41,638 nt of DNA, from the NCBI GenBank assembly GCA_964611245.1, contig CAZSXX010000002.1, forward strand, positions 1,822 through 43,459, in the 5' to 3' direction. This DNA is from an uncultured Verrucomicrobiota bacterium. GTDB taxonomy: Bacteria > Verrucomicrobiota > Verrucomicrobiia > Limisphaerales > SXQI01. A model generated the notes under the pieces. The model was not told the DNA's origin and made no database searches. It saw only the letters and a program-made list of their open reading frames with translations. Below, piece after piece: positions 12,301-17,086 of this stretch; position 1 is the first letter of the stretch, and every line of letters starts with the position of its first letter. The position numbers and the translations under genes are program-made.

Positions 12301-13013
12301 ACGCGCTGGACACGCCGCGGTATCCCACGCTGCGGGCGAACAACGGCGCCTTCCATCTGGTCACGGAGGACCGCTTCTTTCTCGGCCAGCGCGTGGACGT
12401 GGAGCCGGATGGCTTTCCCAGCCCCGACGCGCAGGGCGACGACTTGGACAACGGATTGGAGAACCCCGCCAACCCAGAACCGGACGATGAGGAGGGCGTG
12501 CGATTCCTCACCCCACTTGCCCCTGGCCAACCAGCCAGCGTGCAGCTCGTGGTCACCCTGCAAAATCCCGGCCCGGCATTCGTGAACGCTTGGGTGGACT
12601 TCAACGCGGACTTTGATTGGTCCGACCCCGGCGAGCAAGTCTTGGTGAACACCCCGGTCGTCGACGGGCCCAATGTGGTGAGCATCGCGGTGCCGGCCGG
12701 CGCCCGCCCGGGCAACACCTTCGCCCGGTTCCGCCTCACCCGCGACCAAGGCATTGGTTTTGCCGGACCGGCCACCAGCGGAGAAGTCGAGGACCATATG
12801 GTGGTGATCACAGAACCTGCGGGCGAACTGCGCATCGGCTCGATCCTCAAAGTGGGCGGCGAGGTGGAAGTGCGGTGGGATGGCCACGCAGGCGTCCGGC
12901 TTGAGTCCGCGCCGACGGTGAACGGGCCTTGGACACCGTTGCCGGCGACAAGTCCCCTTCGGCTGTCGACGGGCGGCGTGAACGCCTTGTTCCTGAGGCT
13001 GGTCGCACCATGA
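390..13013 (+). CDS. Giant (4,207 aa) secreted modular surface/adhesin-like protein with six parallel beta-helix modules, five GEVED-type units, nested DUF4214 repeats and a small C-terminal beta domain
   Basis: A single uninterrupted 12,624-nt ORF starts at ATG 390. The N-terminus looks like a signal peptide (MQYSLRLSLSLVVAALWPVPHAWA|A). Six modules each open with (F/I)xVTTTADSG(A/P)GSLR(Q/E)A..IDG.TQPG. Each is built from PbH1-like coils (N(V/I)ISGN..G(V/I)) and closes with LQNFP(V/E)L...FTL(D/E)F(Y/F)...ATATDPxGNTSEFS. Five units run from DFGDAP to GEVED(Y/H). DUF4214-like LLGR repeats are present. Every antisense ORF over this span is R/A/G/P-rich junk. Confidence 0.93.
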   Translation: MQYSLRLSLSLVVAALWPVPHAWAATFTVTTTANSGAGSLHQAILDANASPGADVIEFNIGAAGKTITPPFTAPLPTITEALTIDGATQPGFAGVPLIELSGSSGPSGSDGLKLAASDCVIRGLVVNRWKGDGIEIEGGARNVVEGCYLGVSLNGAADQGNSLNGVFINGSSGNRIGGPQAAQRNVISGNEDHGVFVQGAASAGNLIQGNIIGLNASGLGVLRNTDHGILVDGAVDTAIGGAGGGIGNVISGNGQRGISVAGAGTLIQGNVIGLDINAAADLGNAQDGIHVAGVPGTVIGGRAAGASNIISGNNGDGVEVNGAGAMGTVIEGNFIGVRGAGDAAVANSIHGVVINGAVDTRVGGALEGARNVISGNSQHGIALAGATAAGAVIQGNFIGLDLTGSIDVGNGQDGVNISAVAGSLIGGPSVLARNLISGNNGDGIELTGAATQNTVIEGNDIGLDRTGLAGVANGGAGVLIAGAAARNRVGGVGAGQANRVAFNTGDGVAISGGPENTVRGNSIHSNGGLGIDLGGNGVQPNDATDTDTGANLLQNFPVLTEAVLRAAATEVTGTLQSTANSAFTLDFYGNDLGDPSGNGEGQTWIGSGEVTTDAAGLGSFTASLAATTQRFISATATDPAGNTSEFSATRRAVTTATPADFLVTTTADSGAGSLRQAILDANAALNEGDRIVFNIPGDGAHTIAPVTALPALAAPVTIDGHTQPGAAANTLAEGFNATLKVTLDGNAAPSGTDGLRVEAPRVTVRGLALTRWKSEGIEIMSTASAAVLEGNVIGLGLDGSDQGQNSHGVLVGGAAGIRIGGPAPSQRNVISGNNNHGIFINGAAARNNVIQGNFLGTDLTGAARVGNTGDGVHVTFGSANRIGGGGVGEGNVIGGNNGEGVELENANANVVAGNRVGVAFNGAEIRNSGHGLQLNNASDTLIGGGLAGEGNVIARNTGRGITLLNTASQRNYIRGNSIFANGNLGVDLFNNGRTLNDAGDADAGPNGLQNFPELAAAVGAAASTRVTGALNASANTAFTLEFFANREADSTGFGEGEQFLGSADVATGADGNAAFDVTVPTRVLGRFITATATGPEGTSEFSAALRATATIPPLAFTVTTTADSGPGSLRQALLDADQVVTGPPHRIAFAIPGDGPHTISPATLLPALVNEPVEIDGFTQPGAAPNTLVDGFNAVHRIVLDGAALPFAGTGLRFDTAGNVARGLAIVKFQTEGLLITGNDNVVEGCLIGLLPNGTARSNTRGVRLQGAATRNRLGGATAAARNIIAGNTAFNVEILSATGANTLLGNFIGVLPSGIAAPPIGADFSGTTSGVLVQGSPDNVIGGAEPGAGNVIGGHFGSGVEVRDPGAARNRVLGNRIGTDTTGRLPVPNQLGVWVVNGPGTVIGGPGPGEGNRVAFNLQHGVAINGFSHENDNPVRGNSISENGALGLNLGSDTVLENDAGDTDATANRGQNFPVLTGASAAAGSTAIQGTLHSASERTFTLDFFANVACDSSGNGEGDQYLGSTTVATGTDGNAAFNVTFPITVVGRFITATATDPDGNTSEFCDCFEATTAFGSETFVVTNTDDDGPGSLREALRRNNASVAGSANRIEFAISGVGPHVITPAVALPAVTHAVAIDGYSQPGSRANTLANGGDAALNIHLEAGANFGGPGLELNSTGSVVRGLAITKWFIAVEVNGGQNTIQGCFIGLKPDGGAGGALNGIGLHLASGNGHRVGGAAPGDRNIISGNNAGLLVNGNGSVIEGNWFGLDPTGLLPRGNSQPIDISGDNHRFGGAEAGARNIVAASGGDGLRLPNANQCVVAHNYIGVDVTGLVAVGNAGVGIQVPGGSSGIQILGNVIGGNAGAGVQSFRDSVILGNLIGVGADSTTPLPNAMGVVLTGFDNRVGGPGAGEGNIIAHNVGDGVAVLDGEASGNSIRGNMIFANGNLGVNLGFDGATPNDVGDGDSGPNGLQNFPELASATVHNSAVEVAGSLNSAPNAAFTLDFYASHSPDISGFGEGRQYLGSATANTGADGRAEFNATLAIAPVGRWITATATDSQDNTSEFSAALRAASTRPPETIVVVTTAEDGPGSLADALRLAGTKFSAGPTRIRFNIPGAGIRTIFLTKALPVVDEPVDIDGFSQPDAAENTQVDRIVAAWLVELDGSGALPGTDGLRFTRRGNVVRGLSIRNFPGAGIHLDGGGDNTVTGCVIVGCRGDGIRGAQSSGNLVGGVAPRAWNLIARNPSAGVSFTGPGSVGNRIQGNFIGVAADRSTPAGNFLGVALAGAVGNEVGAIDPGAGNTIAFNETSGVVVSGAGAGNAIRGNRFFGNGALAIDLGGFGVSPNDAGDADAGPNGLQNFPVLTGAAAVVSGARVRGALNSLPNRTYHIDFHHTATCDGAGHGEGAAPLGFLDLATDSSGAAVFDVVLPAGVGRGVITATATDPDGNTSEFSQCREISSEIPGRTFLVTTTADSGPGSLRQAILDANAAFTMDLNTVAFGLPGPGVQLIQPLSPLPAITQRVKVDGFTQPGAAPDPSGLTLNHVLLVRIDGALAGVDANGFIVSGPDVRIRGLIITRFAKAGVLLQNADRAVVEGNWIGTDGSNGAAPNSMGGALKGRAATAAGFGDPSLLEFGNGTGLQINGGLDLRIGTAGGNDNFGIVISGNGTGVEIGGGGQALFGGSIIGLDPAGQRFLGNNGNGVTVRDASAGFDNCTVSGNTGVGLFATSADPFSAHNDLTVQDSSIGLNRTKTEARGNGGGGLWSDQFGQSSTVLIRDSTISGNQRNGAKVSGPTGAFDLFDSSFGSSGDRQMAIPNSGPGLLVDGARNLDVADNLFIGDPGIHSLQGGEGRVLHNTFRDASGFDVGAAGPGGEPVGLPVVLFAEIVNGQVQFTGFSELPVEIVLFVASIQAAGGPTIAPHGRSGEPNFFTPDQNGNVAGQVPAPPGVPVVGIAFESPFGENSEIHPIGEIPVRFDFGDAPDSYGTTLAADGARHRVNDGPAISFGKRPDSEADGSPGDTATGDDNAGADEGGVQFLMPLVIGSESRIRLYVISYLNLDINEVQDGFVNGWIDFNKNGQFDDPDERVIDELRVQGLSEVTVAIPTDAVPGSTYARFRIRATEPPGSAPEPPRPRGESPTGEVEDYAIELIRHFDFGDAPDSYGTTLAANGARHLRPTDSRQTIALGGKADTEADGTPSTDALGDGADEDGVTFAEPLTRGTVASVVVNALSLLSAESISAWIDFNRDGRFNDPEERVLTDVPGAASQVYRIPIPANAVLGGTFARFRISAQTGLGPLGEAPDGEVEDYAVEITAGGAPADFNVGFVELPQAPVPANVPFDFTVEIRNAGPNSGEGILILRLPPNMGIMSQPDACEPLPPDGQWQVNAYLELLGRSPTEAEYSTGLQEIVDTGGRAATAGRLLDSTEYRAAQVQKLFFALLGRAATGPEEAAGREVLAQGTGLVGVARNLLRDVVFPDGGQASVRLAVEHARALRDRIAPLDVFSQLDDFFDINAYLEGALTSDLARIWAPRPSIEELIGLQGGHSVLACDLPEVASGGAVTLPFRVNPLFGGVHALLAEFRLSLPIDPLPENNIFEALVRVLGPKDYGDAPDAPSLLFFSIPGGYPTLSAANGARHERDPRLGLGPLTDLELDGFPSPTANAHQDDDGIVVLGPQVPSFFGPVVSLGLAGELGKVMVEARVPADKRAKLNVWVDFNRDGDWDDPSERPVANQPIKAGATLFEFPLPGDLSPGFTISRFRLSTADLAAPTGGADDGEVEDHRVLLGGVDRGDAPALFGSAPHVRPLDSDAFLGAGVDSDPVQPSADARADDTDADGDDEDGVTGIGPFFAGVVSSLVVAASEPGFVDLWLDYNGANGFELAPAAPDPTEYVNAGILGLPAGSPPAPFPVVKGPNLIRFLVPDRLMAQLSFLRVRYTTKAIPGLGPMNLAPDGEVEDYRVQLYPLAPDFGDAPDALDTPRYPTLRANNGAFHLVTEDRFFLGQRVDVEPDGFPSPDAQGDDLDNGLENPANPEPDDEEGVRFLTPLAPGQPASVQLVVTLQNPGPAFVNAWVDFNADFDWSDPGEQVLVNTPVVDGPNVVSIAVPAGARPGNTFARFRLTRDQGIGFAGPATSGEVEDHMVVITEPAGELRIGSILKVGGEVEVRWDGHAGVRLESAPTVNGPWTPLPATSPLRLSTGGVNALFLRLVAP
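462..9308 (+). repeat. Six tandem in-frame coding modules (head motif + beta-helix + Ig-like cap) inside the giant gene
   Basis: Hand-mapped module boundaries are 462-2360 (633 aa), 2361-3719 (453 aa), 3720-5120 (467 aa), 5121-6623 (501 aa), 6624-7781 (386 aa) and 7782-9308 (509 aa). The anchors recur at each boundary: ...GNTSEFS... followed by xFxVTTTADSGxGSLRQA. Module 6 has a degenerate cap (ESPFGENSEI instead of TDPxGNTSEF). Confidence 0.85.
9309..12803 (+). repeat. Five GEVED-type domain units (DFGDAP...GEVED[YH]) in the C-terminal third of the giant gene
   Basis: The units lie at 9309-9830, 9843-10319, 11202-11732, 11745-12260 and 12282-12803. Each has an xDxGDAP start, an (A/N)NGA(R/F)H motif, an acidic D/E-rich DxDG..DEDGV segment, (W/L)(I/V/L)D(F/Y)N, a hydrophobic-(A/S/L)R(F/V)R motif (ARFR in units 1, 2 and 5; SRFR and LRVR in units 3 and 4) and a closing GEVED(Y/H)xV. 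The family name GEVED is recalled from Pfam and was not searched. Confidence 0.8.
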
Positions 13014-13023
13014 CACAGCGTCG

Positions 13024-13055
13024 CCCCGCCCCAGCCGCGTTCGGCCAGGGCGGGG
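13024..13055 (+). terminator. Strong GC stem-loop 11 nt after the giant gene stop; possible terminator or mRNA stabiliser with no U-tract
   Basis: CCCCGCCC (13024-13031) pairs with GGGCGGGG (13048-13055). The inner pairing is GCCG-cgtt-CGGC (13034-13045). A second small hairpin GGAGG-ctc-CCTCC follows at 13056-13068. There is no trailing T-run. Confidence 0.3.
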
Positions 13056-13076
13056 GAGGCTCCCTCCGGTGACACG

Positions 13077-13805
13077 GTGAGATTGCGGATGCCCGGGATT
13101 TTGGCTAACAAATTGGCCATGGGCTTGGACGCCGTGTCGATCATTATGGAAGCGGAGGAACGGTTTGGAGTGACGATTGAGGATCGGGAGGCGGAGCGGT
13201 TGCGAACGCCTGGGATGCTGGTCGATTTGATATTGGCGCGCGGGGTGGCGGTTGGGTGCCCGGTTTGCCGGTCGCAGCGGGGCTTCGCCTTGGCGAGAAA
13301 ATTTTTGATCGAGGAGTCCCTGATGGCCCGGAACGAGATTGGGTTGGAGGCGCCGTGGAGGAAGTTGGTTGAGCCTGCGGATGAAAAGGCGCTTTGGCTC
13401 AGGCTCCGCGATCGTTTGGGCGCGGGGCGGTGGCCCCGCCTGGAGTTTCCGCACGAGGGCGCCGTAATTATTGTCGGCTCCCTCAGTGTGGCGGTTCCAG
13501 CCGGAATGTATATAGGCCGCGTGATGGGCGACGCTGCGGCTGGGGGGACGTGCGGAATGGGAGCATTTTTTGCCGCGGCTTTTGTGTTGGCCCGATTTCT
13601 CAAACCACTCCGCAACAGAATTCCAAGCCAAGTCCGAAAGGTGCGGGATTTGGCGCTGGTGGTTGCCGCCGCCGTGCCCGAGGGGCGATGGATTCGGTCG
13701 GAGGTCTCCGAGGGCGTGAGGCAGATTGTGACGGAAGTTTTGGGGCTGAAAGCCGGAGCTTACCGGGAGGACGCCGATTTTGTGAAGGAACTGGGATTGC
13801 AGTAG
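13077..13805 (+). CDS. Two-TM membrane protein with a circularly permuted ACP/PCP-like (PP-binding-like) domain split between its N- and C-termini
   Basis: The N-terminus KLAMGLDAVSIIMEAEERFGVTIEDREAERLRTPGMLVDLI aligns to ACP helices II-IV (E. coli [42 protein letters not shown]). The C-terminus SEGVRQIVTEVLGLKAGAYREDADFVKELGLQ* aligns to ACP helix I plus loop ([33 protein letters not shown]). Two hydrophobic spans lie at about aa 128-149 and 158-175. The start is uncertain: GTG 13077, ATG 13089 or ATG 13119. Confidence 0.7.
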   Translation: MRLRMPGILANKLAMGLDAVSIIMEAEERFGVTIEDREAERLRTPGMLVDLILARGVAVGCPVCRSQRGFALARKFLIEESLMARNEIGLEAPWRKLVEPADEKALWLRLRDRLGAGRWPRLEFPHEGAVIIVGSLSVAVPAGMYIGRVMGDAAAGGTCGMGAFFAAAFVLARFLKPLRNRIPSQVRKVRDLALVVAAAVPEGRWIRSEVSEGVRQIVTEVLGLKAGAYREDADFVKELGLQ

Positions 13806-13830
13806 CGCGGGCCGGGCTTTGTCCCCCGCG
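13806..13830. terminator. Hairpin in the 27-nt gap between convergent genes
   Basis: CGCGGG (13806-13811) pairs with CCCGCG (13825-13830). An inner GGG/(T)CC pairing follows a CC bulge. It sits between stop TAG 13803-13805 (+) and stop TGA 13833-13835 (-). There is no clear U-tract on either strand. Confidence 0.3.
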
Positions 13831-13832
13831 AA

Positions 13833-14801
13833 TCAGTCGAGCGCGGCGCGGGCGATGTAAATGGAGGTTTTTCCTTCGTGGGAGGAGTAGTAACTGATCC
13901 ACAGCGTGTTCTCGTGCCAGACGAGGCCAGGGTAGCTGCAGTCTCCGCCGGAGGGGAGGGTGAGCAACTCGGTCAAGCGGCCCGTTTCGCGGTCGAGGGA
14001 AACGATGGAGGTGCGCACGGTCCCATCGTATAGCCGCACTCCGGCGATCAGGCGGCCATCGGGCAGGCGAATCAACTGTGGGCCGCCAATCTTCACGCCA
14101 ACATCGCGCCAGGACCAGTCGGTGTAAGGAGGCTTGGCGAACCCAAGTTTCGCGTGCCCCGGCTTGCCGTCCCTGCGCACCAGGCAAACCAAGTTTCCAT
14201 CCGGCTCAAAGGCGAGGCCCGTTTCATTCGGGTATTCCTCGGAGATCAACTGGCTGGCGAGGACATTGTATTTCAGCCCGTCCGTGGTTTTGTAGAGGCG
14301 GATGAATTTCTCCCCGCTCGTGTCATATCCGACGCCCACGCCGGTTCCCTTGCGCCAGGCCAATCTCCAGAGCCAGATGTTTGTTTCCGCAATTTCGGCG
14401 CCATCGGACCAGGCGCGCGCGTCGTGGGAGAACCAGGCCATTGATTGGTGGGTGACGGGTGTTTTGGGGCGGTCCGCCGCCGCCGCGTAAATCATTAGGC
14501 GGCCGTCCGGCGCCGCGATGATCTTCGGGTCGCGGAGGTCGCGCCCGGCCTTGGCGAGCAGCGCCGCGGAGGCCCAGGTGGTCCCGTCGCGGGAGGTGAG
14601 GACGCGGATTTTCCCGTCCGGCGAGACGTGGTCCTGCCCCTCGCGGAAAACGCAGAGCCATTCGCCCTTGTGCCGGGTCAGGTCCGTGAACGCGTTGTGC
14701 GGCGCGGCGTCCCAAATGCGTTTGGATTCGAGGAGGCGGGGCTGTCCGGCGAACACGGAGCCGAGCGCGGCGAGGGCAAGGAGGAGCGACAGGCGTTTCA
14801 T
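13833..14801 (-). CDS. Secreted BNR/Asp-box (sialidase-fold, exo-alpha-sialidase-like) protein
   Basis: The protein has a signal peptide (MKRLSLLLALAALGSVFAGQ), an Asp-box (SRDGTTW) and beta-propeller-like sequence throughout. The start is taken at ATG 14801, the 9th codon of the track ORF. That start forms an ATGA overlap with the coaX stop. Confidence 0.8.
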   Translation of the reverse strand: MKRLSLLLALAALGSVFAGQPRLLESKRIWDAAPHNAFTDLTRHKGEWLCVFREGQDHVSPDGKIRVLTSRDGTTWASAALLAKAGRDLRDPKIIAAPDGRLMIYAAAADRPKTPVTHQSMAWFSHDARAWSDGAEIAETNIWLWRLAWRKGTGVGVGYDTSGEKFIRLYKTTDGLKYNVLASQLISEEYPNETGLAFEPDGNLVCLVRRDGKPGHAKLGFAKPPYTDWSWRDVGVKIGGPQLIRLPDGRLIAGVRLYDGTVRTSIVSLDRETGRLTELLTLPSGGDCSYPGLVWHENTLWISYYSSHEGKTSIYIARAALD

Positions 14802-15553
14802 GGTGTGGGATGGGAGTTTCGCCAAAGGAGGCGGAGTCCTTCAAGCGTGAGCGTTGGGCGGACCGCGGAAATCACGGGCAGCCCCGCCGCGATGAGCTTC
14901 GCGCACCCTCCGGTGGCGACGACGGGCAGGTTCCGGGCGCCGAGTTCCTCCTTCGATCGCGCCACCAATTCTTTGATCAATCCACGGTAGCCATGCACGG
15001 CGCCGATGAGCATCGCCTCGGTCGTGCTCTTGCCGATCACGGTTCGGATTTCGCGGATTTTTATCTTGGGCAGCAAAGCGGTCTTTTCGTGGAGGTAGGT
15101 GGTCATCGCCGCCAGCCCGGGGGCGATGATCCCGCCGGCGTAATTTCCCTCCGCGTTGACGACATCAAACGTGACGGCGGTCCCAAAATCGACCACCAGC
15201 GCGGGCGCGCCGAAATAATGGCGGGCGGCGAGGGCGTTGGCCAGCCGGTCGGGGCCGATGGATTTGGGCTTTGGATAATCAATGCCGATTCCGCGCAGCG
15301 ATCGGGGCGTCAATTCAACAAATGGCATGCCCAAGCCTTCCAGAAAACGGCGCGCGACCAGCGTGGCGGCGGGCACAACGCTGCAAAGGGCCGTGCCGGT
15401 GACCACCTCGCGGCGCATCCATTTTTGGATCGACCGGACCGCCGCGCCGCTTTCCCAAGACGGCGTGGGGATTTCAACCTGGCGCAGGACTCGGCTGGGC
15501 GAGGCCAGGCCAAGGTGCGTGTGGGTGTTTCCGATGTCGAGAAGCAGCAGCAT
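14798..15553 (-). CDS. coaX: Type III pantothenate kinase
   Basis: The N-terminus MLLLLDIGNTHTHLGL carries the DxGNT phosphate-1 motif. The length (251 aa) and overall sequence are typical of CoaX/Bvg accessory factor family proteins. Confidence 0.93.
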   Translation of the reverse strand: MLLLLDIGNTHTHLGLASPSRVLRQVEIPTPSWESGAAVRSIQKWMRREVVTGTALCSVVPAATLVARRFLEGLGMPFVELTPRSLRGIGIDYPKPKSIGPDRLANALAARHYFGAPALVVDFGTAVTFDVVNAEGNYAGGIIAPGLAAMTTYLHEKTALLPKIKIREIRTVIGKSTTEAMLIGAVHGYRGLIKELVARSKEELGARNLPVVATGGCAKLIAAGLPVISAVRPTLTLEGLRLLWRNSHPTP

Positions 15554-15574
15554 CGCCAGCTCCCTCAGATCCGG

Positions 15575-15991
15575 TCAATTCGCGCGGGAATACGAGTCCA
15601 CGGTCGGCTTTTCGCTGCCGCGCAACTGGTCAAAGTTCGAGGCCACGAACAGGTGGGTTTCGTCGAGGATGTAGACCGAATTGCGCTCCTCGGAGACATC
15701 CTCCAATTCGGCCTCCGACCGGCCCGCCTTCATTTTGAAAAGGCGCAGGGAGCTGAACGGCCCCTGTTTTTTTAACTCCAGTTCGCCCGTGGCCACCAAC
15801 ACCACGGCGTCGTCCGCGCCGATGACCTTGAAGGTCCATTGGTTTTTCTTCACCTCGAACCGCTGCGTGTAGGAACCTTGGTCGCCCGACTTTTTCGCGG
15901 TCCACTTGCCCTGCAGTTTTTCGAGGTCATCCGCCCATGACGTGAGGGAAGCGGACGCGGCGACGAGAAGGAAAAGAAGGATCGATTTCAT
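15575..15991 (-). CDS. Small secreted protein, TIGR03067-like (PVC lipocalin-like family of unknown function)
   Basis: A signal peptide (MKSILLFLLVAASASLTSWA) is followed by DDLEKLQGKWTAKK. This matches the recalled N-terminal signature (L.G.W) of the TIGR03067 family. The protein is 138 aa. Confidence 0.65.
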   Translation of the reverse strand: MKSILLFLLVAASASLTSWADDLEKLQGKWTAKKSGDQGSYTQRFEVKKNQWTFKVIGADDAVVLVATGELELKKQGPFSSLRLFKMKAGRSEAELEDVSEERNSVYILDETHLFVASNFDQLRGSEKPTVDSYSRAN

Positions 15992-16087
15992 GGGTGCAAC
16001 AGTTCCAGCCGCTTTATAGCGCCCCCGACCGGCCGGGAAAATGAAAATCGACCGGTTGTGAGTTCACTCGGGGCGGGGCAGGGGCGG

Positions 16088-17017
16088 TCACTCCGCCCCG
16101 GACCAAACCAACGGCAGCGCGGAAATGACCTCCTCCAGCGTCACGCCCACCGTTCCGGACCGGCTCTTCAGGAGGGTGACGTTTTGGCCGAGCGGCTGCC
16201 AGACCGCCGCGTTGGCGGTTCCCCAAACGGTGACGCAGGGCAACCCCGTCGCGGCCGCCAAGTGGGAAATTCCGGAATCATGGCCGATGAACGCGTGGCA
16301 GCCCGCCAACTCCATGCCCAGTTCGGCCAGCCCCGGATTGTCCAGGACAGCCACTCGTTCCGGCGGCAGTGCCTGGGCGAGCCCGCTCAGCGCCCGGTTC
16401 TCCGAGTCGCCGCCAACGAGCAGGAGCCGGTAGGATGTTTTGGCGATGATGGACTGGAGCAGGGCGCGCCACCGGGAGTCGGGCCAAGTGCGGGCCAGGT
16501 TCCCCGCCCCGGGGTGGACCGCGATCCATGCGCCCTCCCGCGCGGCGCCGCGCCCCGGGAACCGCAAACGCGGCGTGGCCGGAGCGCCAAAAATGGCGAG
16601 CCGCTCCAACGGCTTGAGGAACGCATCCGCCGCATGGGTGGACTGCCCTTCGCTGGGGCGGGCGGGGCCGGCGATGAACTGCGCGGTGGAAACTTTCAGG
16701 ACGTTGGCCTGAAAATGGCAATCCGGGTCATACAGATAGGAGAAGATGACGGAGAAACGCGCAAAATAACCGGCGAGGTCCGGGTCCAACGGCGCTCCGC
16801 GCGCGAAGAAGCCAGCGGCGGCCCGGCTTTCGATCGAGCGGACCTCATCGACCAAGCCCGCCGCTTTGGCGACCTGCGCAATCCGGGGATAACCGAGCAC
16901 CTCGATGCCGATGGCGGGGAATTGCCCCCGGAGCGCCGCGAAAACCGGGCAGGTGAGGACGAATTCGCCAATGTCGCCACCCCGCACAACTAGTATCCGG
17001 CCTTTTGCGTCGCTCAC
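16088..17017 (-). CDS. Glycosyltransferase family 9 (heptosyltransferase-like)
   Basis: Supporting motifs are ILVVRGGDIGEFVLTCPVFAALR, HPGAGNLARTWP, LLLVGGDSE and FIGHDSGISHLAAATGLPCVTVWG, all typical of ADP-heptose:LPS heptosyltransferase-type GT9 enzymes. The start is GTG 17017. Confidence 0.88.
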   Translation of the reverse strand: MSDAKGRILVVRGGDIGEFVLTCPVFAALRGQFPAIGIEVLGYPRIAQVAKAAGLVDEVRSIESRAAAGFFARGAPLDPDLAGYFARFSVIFSYLYDPDCHFQANVLKVSTAQFIAGPARPSEGQSTHAADAFLKPLERLAIFGAPATPRLRFPGRGAAREGAWIAVHPGAGNLARTWPDSRWRALLQSIIAKTSYRLLLVGGDSENRALSGLAQALPPERVAVLDNPGLAELGMELAGCHAFIGHDSGISHLAAATGLPCVTVWGTANAAVWQPLGQNVTLLKSRSGTVGVTLEEVISALPLVWSGAE

Positions 17018-17086
17018 ACAGTCACTTTGTTTCGGGCAAGACTAACGCGTGACCAGGCGGAATTCAACCCGCGGTCCGGCGCGCGC

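Noticed and set aside
462-12803. Regularly spaced repeats that might be mistaken for a CRISPR or other non-coding tandem array
   Set aside because: The repeat units are 1.1-1.9 kb (modules) or about 0.5 kb (GEVED units). They are in frame, divergent at synonymous sites and encode conserved protein motifs, so they are protein domain repeats. No short direct-repeat/spacer array exists anywhere in the window.
13011-13119. The giant gene and the ACP-like ORF are in the same reading frame with no further stop between TGA 13011-13013 and the downstream start, suggesting stop-codon read-through or selenocysteine fusion
   Set aside because: Sharing a frame has a 1-in-3 chance, and 63 nt free of stops is expected in GC-rich DNA. 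The intervening translation (HSVAPPQPRSARAGEAPSGDT) has no ACP helix-I or linker character. The hairpin after the TGA is very GC-rich and terminator-like, not recognisably SECIS-like.
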